Positions 57,174 through 64,000 of a DNA stretch of 64,000 bases are shown piece after piece; the first letter of the stretch is position 1, and each line of letters begins with the position of its first letter. Source of the DNA: Nitrososphaerales archaeon (GTDB lineage Archaea > Thermoproteota > Nitrososphaeria > Nitrososphaerales > JACAEJ01). The stretch lies in contig JACAEJ010000036.1 of assembly GCA_013388925.1 (NCBI GenBank), positions 4,600 through 68,599 of the forward strand, read 5' to 3'. The notes below the pieces were generated by a model that made no database searches, was not told the DNA's origin, and saw nothing but the letters and a program-made list of their open reading frames with translations. A program made the position numbers and the translations under genes.

Positions 57174-58247
57174 ATGAAGATCATCGGTTGGGATATAGGT
57201 GCAACAAACATCAAGGCAACATTGATGGAGGTTAGGGATGTTCGAGCTTACAGGCTCAAGACAATCACACATTATTTTCCGATATGGATCGAAGGAAAAG
57301 AGAGGCTTTCCTTCATTCTGAAAGAGTTGAAGGAAGAGATGGCTGAAGGCTCTCCTATAAGTGCTATAGGCCTAACGATGACTGCCGAGCTCTCCGATGT
57401 TTATGAGACAAAGAAGGAGGGAGTGAACCATATACTAGATTGTGTCATGGAAGTCTTTCCTAAGGAGCAAATATCTGTGCTTGATTCAGATGCTCGCTTT
57501 AAGAATGTCGAAGAAGCCAGGGAAAATTATCTAAAGGTCGCTGGCGCCAATTGGGCTGGCACGGCCTGGATGGTCTCCAAATGGGTAAAAGACTGTATTC
57601 TCTTGGATGTCGGTAGCACTACAACCGATATAATCCCCATCATAAAGGGAAGGGTAATGGCAAGAGGAAAGACAGATCTGGATAGACTAGCCACAGGCGA
57701 GCTCATCTATACAGGTGCCTTAAGAACCAACGTTGCGACCATCGTTGATGCAGTCCCTGTCAGAGGTATCATGACAAGGGTATCATCAGAGCTCTTTGCT
57801 CTATCTTCTGATGTGCACCTTATCCTTGGAAATATAAGCCAAGATGAATACACGACTGAAACTGCTGATAAGAGAGGTAAGACAAAGAAAGAGGCTATGT
57901 CCAGGCTTGCAAGGATAGTGTGTGCTGATACGTACATGCTAAAGGAAGATGAGATAGTTGCCATGGCGAATTATGTCTATAGAAAACAGCTGAATAAGAT
58001 AGCAGACGGGATTATTCAAGTGTACGATGTGGTAATGGATTCTCTCAAGAATGAATTGTCTCTTGTTGTGACAGGAATAGGGAGAGAATTCTTGGGGATA
58101 AAAGCAGCAGAAAGATTAAGATTCAAAAGTATCAACAACTTGGCACAGATCATCGGCAAAGATGCATCTGTTGCCAGTCCTTCTGTGGCTGTAGCGTTGA
58201 TGTTATCTTATGAACAAGGGGCAAGAGAGATAGAATGGTCTTTGTAG
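57174..58247 (+). CDS. mfnF: Hydantoinase-A-like H4MPT/methanofuran pathway protein, MfnF-like
   Basis: The N-terminus IGWDIGATNIKA and the later LLDVGSTTTDIIP are ASKHA phosphate motifs. Size and context fit MJ0840-type MfnF. Confidence 0.6.
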   Translation: MKIIGWDIGATNIKATLMEVRDVRAYRLKTITHYFPIWIEGKERLSFILKELKEEMAEGSPISAIGLTMTAELSDVYETKKEGVNHILDCVMEVFPKEQISVLDSDARFKNVEEARENYLKVAGANWAGTAWMVSKWVKDCILLDVGSTTTDIIPIIKGRVMARGKTDLDRLATGELIYTGALRTNVATIVDAVPVRGIMTRVSSELFALSSDVHLILGNISQDEYTTETADKRGKTKKEAMSRLARIVCADTYMLKEDEIVAMANYVYRKQLNKIADGIIQVYDVVMDSLKNELSLVVTGIGREFLGIKAAERLRFKSINNLAQIIGKDASVASPSVAVALMLSYEQGAREIEWSL

Positions 58248-58900
58248 CAAAGATAGGTGGTAGCCTTGCTGAAGACCATAGCGGTCTAGTTAGGTTATGT
58301 CAGGAATTGATCGCTGTCTCCAAAAAATATGAGGTTGTAATCGTGCCTGGAGGGGCAAGATTTGCGGACACTGTAAGATATTTCTATGACAAGTTAAGCC
58401 TGTCTGACGATACCGCTCATAAAATGGCGATACTGGCAATGGATCAGTATGGATTCCTCCTAAAGGACGTTATGGGCAGCGCCATATTGACACACAGCCT
58501 CGAAGACTCTTTACAAATTGCCAAGAATAGAACTTTGCCTATCATCCTACCATCAAAGATCATGCTTTCTCTAGACCCCCTAAAGCACTCTTGGGGAGTT
58601 ACTTCCGATTCCATATCAGCCTTCATAGCCTCATCATTAAAAGCTGAAAAGTTGATCTTGGTCAAGGATGTTGATGGAATCTTCACAGAAGACCCTATCA
58701 GGAAGCGTGATACAAGGATGTTAAGGAAGATTTCTGCGAAGAGGCTATTGAAGGGTAGGACTGGTTGTGTGGATGAACTTCTGCCAACTATCCTTATCGA
58801 GAAGCAACTCAAATGCTATGTAGTGAACGGCAAGCATCCAGATAGAATCAAGAGTATACTGGAGGGCAAACCGGACATCTATACGGAGATTATTCCTTAA
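58235..58900 (+). CDS. mfnE: Amino-acid-kinase-family protein, MfnE-like
   Basis: KIGGSL, VIVPGGA and LVKDVDGIF are aspartate/glutamate/uridylate-kinase fold motifs. It overlaps the mfnF-like gene by 13 nt. Confidence 0.55.
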   Translation: MVFVAKIGGSLAEDHSGLVRLCQELIAVSKKYEVVIVPGGARFADTVRYFYDKLSLSDDTAHKMAILAMDQYGFLLKDVMGSAILTHSLEDSLQIAKNRTLPIILPSKIMLSLDPLKHSWGVTSDSISAFIASSLKAEKLILVKDVDGIFTEDPIRKRDTRMLRKISAKRLLKGRTGCVDELLPTILIEKQLKCYVVNGKHPDRIKSILEGKPDIYTEIIP

Positions 58901-59054
58901 TAAGTATCCTCATAATGCTCAAACTTTTTTAGTCGAACCATCTGGTTAATTGATCCAGAAAGGCTTAAATTTCATCATCTAGAGTTTTTCAACCAAGTCG
59001 GTTCAACTAGAATGGATCATAAATTCTCCTCACTAAAGAACCTTTCACATAGAG

Positions 59055-59930
59055 ATGATTACTATCTGTAGAGAGTATCAAATTATGAAGCATATCGCAA
59101 TACCGATTAGGACGAATTACTGGCAACCTGGGGATGACTACATAGACATCATAAGAAGCTCCATAATGGATAAGGTTGAAGATGGGGATGTAATAGTACT
59201 CTCTGAGAAGGCTATAGCTGTAGCAAAGGGGAGGCTAATCGATGAGAGCCGATTTCAGCCTAGTTTGCTGGCAAAATTCATAGCCCGTTTCTGGATGAGA
59301 TATATGTGGGGATACATACTATCAAAACTATGCCATATAAAACTTGAGAACGTCTACCGATTAAGGAATTACCCTAAAAAGGAAGGCGCCTATCATAAAC
59401 AAATGGCGCTGATGTACTCCGGATTCTTACAAGCCCTAAGGCATGGATCTGAAGGTGGGATAGATGTTAGCAATATCCCTCTAGCTTATGCATGCTTGCC
59501 TCTGGCAGATCCCTATAGCGAAACCGTAAAGATTCGAAATGAAATTCAAGATGCCACAAAGAAAAAAGTATTCGTGATGATAGTCGATACAGATATGACC
59601 TATTCTTGGTATAACTTCCACATCACTCCGCGCCCAAGACCTATGAAGGGTATACGATCTTTCGGAGGGGTCATAGCATATGTAATAGGAAGAGCCCTTA
59701 AGCTCAAGTACAGGGCAACGCCTCTTGCCATCGTCCCTCGTATGAATGTAAATGAAGCTCTGTATACAGCCCAATCAGCCCACAGAGCTCGAGGATCGGG
59801 AGCAGGAAGAACGGTCTGGGATGTAGCTGAAAGGTTTAACGTCGGTTTGACAGATGTTACCTGGGAAATGCTGGATAGGGTCGATCAATATCCGATCGTG
59901 CTGGTTCGCATGTCAAAGAAAGATGACTAG
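59055..59930 (+). CDS. CofE-like (F420-0:gamma-glutamyl ligase fold) protein
   Basis: Hand alignment to A. fulgidus CofE pairs GDD...DGDVIVLSEKAIAVAKGR with GDD...DGDVLVVCSTVISKAEGR, EGGIDVSN with NAGIDASN, and VFVMIVDTD with VGVIITDTN. The start may be the ATG at 59085. Confidence 0.5.
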   Translation: MITICREYQIMKHIAIPIRTNYWQPGDDYIDIIRSSIMDKVEDGDVIVLSEKAIAVAKGRLIDESRFQPSLLAKFIARFWMRYMWGYILSKLCHIKLENVYRLRNYPKKEGAYHKQMALMYSGFLQALRHGSEGGIDVSNIPLAYACLPLADPYSETVKIRNEIQDATKKKVFVMIVDTDMTYSWYNFHITPRPRPMKGIRSFGGVIAYVIGRALKLKYRATPLAIVPRMNVNEALYTAQSAHRARGSGAGRTVWDVAERFNVGLTDVTWEMLDRVDQYPIVLVRMSKKDD

Positions 59931-60670
59931 CATACATGATCTTGGCGGAGTTTTATTGCTTTCATGAGATCCAAAACAAGAGCTTCCTGTACTTTACCGG
60001 TACCATGTCTAAACCTTTTACAGACAGCCCTTCTCACTCCCATGATATCAGCGCCTAGTTCTTGAACCTGTGGTATATCTTCCTTGCCCAACCCTCCAGC
60101 CAGCGCAGCAATAAGGTCAAAGTCGTGCGTTTCATTAACAAAAAGTCTTATTTGAGACAGACTTAGAAAATCAAACAACTTTGACCCACCTTTATTCTTG
60201 ACATCTATCAATACGCCATATGCGCCAGATTCATACGCAATTTTGGGGAGTAACAAAGGGCTTAAACCTCCGAATTCGGCGTGGTCGGCATAGCCTGATG
60301 CTATGATCTTCACTTTAGGATCATAATCCTTGACCGATCTTACAACACTCTTCACCATGTAAAGAGCTTCGTCCAAAGACCTTGTTCCAAACAAGCCAAC
60401 TTTTACATAGTCTGCACCTGAAGATGCGGCACCTAGCGCAGCAAGAGACGCCGTGCCCGGAAGGTTTGGCATATCCCCTATCGTCGCACTTATCTTAACA
60501 CTATCGCCTAAAGTTCTTCTAACGTCGGCAATTACCCAGGGAAAGTTTGCGCCAAGAGCCCCCTCTCTGGGGTTCTTTACATCAATGATATCTGCTCCTC
60601 CTCTGAATGCACCGACCGCTTCATCAGTCTCACTTACGCTAACTAAGAGTTTGAATGTTTTATCCTTCAT
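59927..60670 (-). CDS. mfnB: (5-formylfuran-3-yl)methyl phosphate synthase
   Basis: It is collinear with MJ1099 as remembered: GGADIIDVKNPREGALGANFPWVI, IGDMP..PGTASLAALGAA.SGADYVKVGLFGT, ALAGGL and GVRRAVC. Confidence 0.9.
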   Translation of the reverse strand: MKDKTFKLLVSVSETDEAVGAFRGGADIIDVKNPREGALGANFPWVIADVRRTLGDSVKISATIGDMPNLPGTASLAALGAASSGADYVKVGLFGTRSLDEALYMVKSVVRSVKDYDPKVKIIASGYADHAEFGGLSPLLLPKIAYESGAYGVLIDVKNKGGSKLFDFLSLSQIRLFVNETHDFDLIAALAGGLGKEDIPQVQELGADIMGVRRAVCKRFRHGTGKVQEALVLDLMKAIKLRQDHVC

Positions 60671-60733
60671 CGGCTACAACCTTTCTCCAAATAGGAAATT
60701 CATACAGCTCAGCCCTTAAAAAAACATAATACT

Positions 60734-61939
60734 TTAAGTTTTTTCATTGCTGTAATAACGAGTTTTAAGTAAATATGCCCCAAAAGTGCATATCAGAACG
60801 GTAGAGATTATGACCGTGATCACTATATCTTGAAAGGGCTCAAAGCCTCCTACCCCATATCCTACTATCAATTGGAAGAGCACTGCGTTGACGAGACCGC
60901 GTGGGAGCATGACCGTTATCATGTTCTTATCTATATCTATGATGGGTGACTTAATGGTACTGAGCAAGACAGCCCCATACCTGACCAAAAGAAGGATAAA
61001 AGAAAGAAAGACGCCAATTAGAATAAGACGCAGATCATAAAAATAGAGGATTACGCCAAGGTATGTGAAGAAGAAAGTCCTAATGATAAACGAAATCTCT
61101 GACTGGAATCTTTTCATAATTCTGCTAGCCTCTATCGGGTGACTGATGTAAAGCGAATCTGAAACCTTGACCCCATTGCCAAGGACGAGTCCGAATATCA
61201 AAGCAGTTATGGCACCATTGCCTCCCGCCCCTTCGGACAATCCATAGAGCAATAGGGCTATGCAGAGAGTAAGGATATCCTCGTAAGGCTCATCGGTAAA
61301 GCTGCTCAAAACCTTAAGCCATAATACACCACTTGCGAAGCCAATTACTATGCCAATCGAAAAGCCTGATACTATTCCTCTAGCAATTATGGCGAATCCA
61401 CTTTCTCCAGGGCTTGCTGTAAAGAACTGTAAGTATGCTATGACAAAGACTATGCATAAGGCATCAGTAAAGGTTGATTCAAGGCTGAGGAGAGTAGAGA
61501 CCTTCTGGCTAACGTTGATTTTATTTGCGAGTGGAATCACTATGGCCGAGCTTGAGCCTCCTATTATCGCACCCAAGAGTAAACCCTGAAGAATGCCCCA
61601 TCCCAGTACGAAAAAGGTGAAGACGGCTGTAATTATCATCGAGAAAAAAAAGCCCAGAAAGGCGAGTATAGTGGCCCTTGGGCTCTCCCTTATGACCATG
61701 TGTAGATTAAGGTTAAGACCGCCATCAAAAAGGATGATAGCGATAGCTAAAGCTGCAAATATGGGTGCCACACCGACGAGGGATTCTCTCTCAACTAGGT
61801 TTAGTACTGGTCCGAATAGAGCTCCAAGTGAAATCAATATTAAGATATCCGGTATACCCGTCCTCTTGAAAAAGTAGCTACCCAGAAAGCCGATTATAAC
61901 TATTGTGCCAACAAGGATGAAGGCAGATGCTACGTCCAT
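60734..61939 (-). CDS. Cation:proton (Na+/H+) antiporter, CPA family
   Basis: The 401-aa product has about 11-12 TM helices, with FDGGL and a pattern typical of Na_H_Exchanger proteins. Confidence 0.6.
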   Translation of the reverse strand: MDVASAFILVGTIVIIGFLGSYFFKRTGIPDILILISLGALFGPVLNLVERESLVGVAPIFAALAIAIILFDGGLNLNLHMVIRESPRATILAFLGFFFSMIITAVFTFFVLGWGILQGLLLGAIIGGSSSAIVIPLANKINVSQKVSTLLSLESTFTDALCIVFVIAYLQFFTASPGESGFAIIARGIVSGFSIGIVIGFASGVLWLKVLSSFTDEPYEDILTLCIALLLYGLSEGAGGNGAITALIFGLVLGNGVKVSDSLYISHPIEASRIMKRFQSEISFIIRTFFFTYLGVILYFYDLRLILIGVFLSFILLLVRYGAVLLSTIKSPIIDIDKNMITVMLPRGLVNAVLFQLIVGYGVGGFEPFQDIVITVIISTVLICTFGAYLLKTRYYSNEKT

Positions 61940-62181
61940 GTGTCTTTTCTGGAGCTTAAATCCTGTACTCCGTTATTATGTTTTTCTAAAATGATGCTCT
62001 TCAATAATTCAGAAAAAATTGGCGATTTATCATCAAAAATTCCACAATAATGATATACTTATTTCCCAAAAGATCCATATATAGATCTTTATTACACAAA
62101 TTGTAATATGTTTACAAAGTGGTATAAGTTTGTAATATAAAAAGGATATATTCGACACCTTTTAGGAAGAGTCAAGACAGA

Positions 62182-63729
62182 ATGGTAATAGTTAGCGTAA
62201 CCATGGACTTGGCCCTCGGGGAGGGATATACTTACGCTGGGGGGTTAGGAGTATTAGAGGGCGATAAGTTCTACGCGGCTGGTAGAATGGGGATAGATTA
62301 TATTGTCATTACTCTCTTCTATCGAAATGGTTACGTGGAATACGTGCAACATAATGGCGAACTCGTCCCAGTAGAGCAGGAGCAACCCTTAGAGTTCTTA
62401 GACAAGCTAAAGCCCTTGGAGGGGTTCATCATAGATTTGAAGGGCGAAAAGGTTTCTGTTAGGATCTGGGAGTACACCTACAATTCAGCACGAGCCCTTT
62501 TCTTTGAAGCCACCAGCCCAGACTGGGCTAGGTCTTTAACCAGTAGAATCTACATCGAAGGTAGCCTGGAAGAGAAATTCTACAAAAACGTCTTCTTGGC
62601 TAAGGTGGCAAAGGAGTTCATTGAGAATAGAATTGGCGTAGAAAATACCGATTATGTTGATCTCCAAGAGGCGCATGCTGCCTTTCTTCCCCTTTTGTTG
62701 CCTATAAAAGACAAGTATAGATTAGTGATCCATACACCAGGTCCATGGGGGCATCTTGTACTCCCTCGAGAGCTCGTTGAGAAAGAAATCAACTATAATT
62801 TTGATTCCAGATCAGTCATCATGACAGAGTTAGGTCTGAGCCTAGTCCAAGATGCTTTCGTTGTATCCGCCAAGCAAGTTGACTTAACTAAGAAGACCTT
62901 TCCCCTCCATGCAGTCAAGATCAGACATGTTACCAATTGTATCGATTTAAAATGGTGGATGGACTCAGAGCTTAGGAGGCTTTACATCGACAAAGAATTG
63001 GATGAACGAACCTTTAGAAGGGTTCATGAGGAGCTTAGGGGAAAATTCATAAAATACTTAAAACACTTGAAGGGCTTTGAGGTCGATGACGAGCGTATCA
63101 TAATATCTTATGCTAGAAGGATTGCAAGTTATAAGCGCCCCGAGTTTATAATGCGCTTTATCGAGAAGAATGAAGACCTACCTGCTATCTATGTCTTAAG
63201 TGGAAAGACTCACCCTCAGGACTTCGATGGGCTTAAGAAGATGGGGCAGATGTACCAGATGTCAAGGAGTCATGATAACGTCTTCTTCCTTCCCAACTAT
63301 GACTTAAAACTGGCAAAGCTGATCCTGCAGTGTTCTGATCTAAACATCTTCACCCCCTTCTCAGGATGGGAGGCTTGTGGGACAAGTTACATGAAAGCTG
63401 GCGTAAATGGCATCCCATCGTTGTCTTCACGGGATGGAGGCGCTATAGAGTTGATAGAGGATGATTTCAACGGCTGGCTCTTCGGGAAGGACCTAAGAGA
63501 ACTTATAGACATCTACAAAGACCCAAAGGCTGATGCGATCAATAGAGAGGATTATGCAGAGTTTGAATCAAAACTCTCAAGAATAATTGAGAAATATCAC
63601 GGGAACAAGGAAGGTTTCTATAAAGTGGGACTAAATGCTATAAAGACCTTCGTGCCCAAGGTCGACATTAATAACTTGTTGATCAAATACTATAATGGCG
63701 TGGTCAAGTCTTTAGCTGATCAGCCATAG
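62182..63729 (+). CDS. Alpha-glucan phosphorylase (GT35, short archaeal type)
   Basis: YAGGLGVLEGDKFYAA...LFYRNGY matches the YSGGLGVLAGD...YRQGY pattern. GWEACGTSYMKAGVNG matches the PLP-lysine motif EASGTSGMKAxxNG. Confidence 0.7.
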   Translation: MVIVSVTMDLALGEGYTYAGGLGVLEGDKFYAAGRMGIDYIVITLFYRNGYVEYVQHNGELVPVEQEQPLEFLDKLKPLEGFIIDLKGEKVSVRIWEYTYNSARALFFEATSPDWARSLTSRIYIEGSLEEKFYKNVFLAKVAKEFIENRIGVENTDYVDLQEAHAAFLPLLLPIKDKYRLVIHTPGPWGHLVLPRELVEKEINYNFDSRSVIMTELGLSLVQDAFVVSAKQVDLTKKTFPLHAVKIRHVTNCIDLKWWMDSELRRLYIDKELDERTFRRVHEELRGKFIKYLKHLKGFEVDDERIIISYARRIASYKRPEFIMRFIEKNEDLPAIYVLSGKTHPQDFDGLKKMGQMYQMSRSHDNVFFLPNYDLKLAKLILQCSDLNIFTPFSGWEACGTSYMKAGVNGIPSLSSRDGGAIELIEDDFNGWLFGKDLRELIDIYKDPKADAINREDYAEFESKLSRIIEKYHGNKEGFYKVGLNAIKTFVPKVDINNLLIKYYNGVVKSLADQP

Positions 63730-63747
63730 GGTGCACCATCTTCTGGA

Positions 63748-63993
63748 TTAAACTTCTTCCATCTTTTCGATATACATTAGTGTGAATTCTATCTCTGGAA
63801 TATGCCTCATCCTTACAATCGCTCTTGTATTTCCAAACTTAGTCCTTACCTTAACATCCAAGTGTCTACCCTTAAGAGTTTCATAGTCATAAGCATGGCT
63901 CTTCTCTCCTTTTATCTCGTCAGCATTTATCTTCACTTCTACGCTCTCCCTATAGGGCTGTAGTTTCATAGTCTTGCTGATAGTTTCCTCCAA
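63748..63993 (-). CDS. Hypothetical protein (possibly 5'-incomplete at the window edge, or starting at the internal ATG MKLQPY...)
   Basis: ORF evidence only. The frame stays open to nt 64000. Confidence 0.3.
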   Translation of the reverse strand: MEETISKTMKLQPYRESVEVKINADEIKGEKSHAYDYETLKGRHLDVKVRTKFGNTRAIVRMRHIPEIEFTLMYIEKMEEV

Positions 63994-64000
63994 AGTTCTG

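Noticed and set aside
1-64000. A scan for CRISPR arrays, transposases or IS elements, prophage genes, toxin-antitoxin pairs and known defence-system signatures.
   Set aside because: I saw no regularly spaced direct repeats and no DDE, serine or tyrosine recombinase motifs. I also saw no capsid or terminase-like ORFs and no obvious nuclease-ATPase defence pairs. The window looks like core and accessory metabolism rather than a mobile or defence region.

Overview
The window reads as an archaeal chromosomal segment. Supporting markers are an eS30 ribosomal protein gene, two tRNAs with extra internal segments, an MptE-type pterin kinase, a COG1964/Tes-type radical SAM enzyme and methanofuran genes. 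Gene density is high on both strands. I found no CRISPR array, transposase, integrase or long repeat. Content from left to right: (1) a 5'-truncated membrane-bound formate-dehydrogenase-N-like operon with a Cys-type alpha subunit, an FeS beta subunit and a cytochrome b gamma subunit. (2) A surface-glycan cluster at 4.9-14.1 kb with GT2, GT4, two methyltransferases, an epimerase, a deacetylase and a large polytopic membrane protein interrupted by one in-frame TAA. (3) eS30, pyrK-pyrD, tRNA-Ser and housekeeping or pterin genes (MptE-like, MoaD-GG, tungsten AOR, MobA-like), then aspA, thyX, mrp, and a ZIP transporter divergent from nikR. (4) A poorly characterised cluster at 32.4-37.7 kb (DUF169, UroD/MtaA-like, Zn-ribbon proteins, Tes/MJ0619-type radical SAM). 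(5) A roughly 230-nt GC-rich structured RNA candidate beside carAB. (6) A tRNA followed by an arsenic module (arsR, ArsP-like permease, thioredoxin-like protein, ACR3) whose two promoters share a palindrome. (7) A C1-cofactor island holding a CitG-like gene, two tandem paralogous Pol-beta-type nucleotidyltransferases, fwdD-fwdB-fwdA without fwdC, a HisA/HisF-like barrel, mfnD-mfnF-mfnE, a CofE-like ligase and mfnB. (8) A Na+/H+ antiporter and an alpha-glucan phosphorylase. The most interesting candidates are the CitG-like gene plus tandem nucleotidyltransferases next to fwd/mfn, the CofE-like gene inside the methanofuran cluster, the unclassified structured RNA, the two unusual tRNA insertions and the in-frame stop in the glycan-cluster membrane protein. 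All functional calls come from motif recognition by eye; no database search was run.
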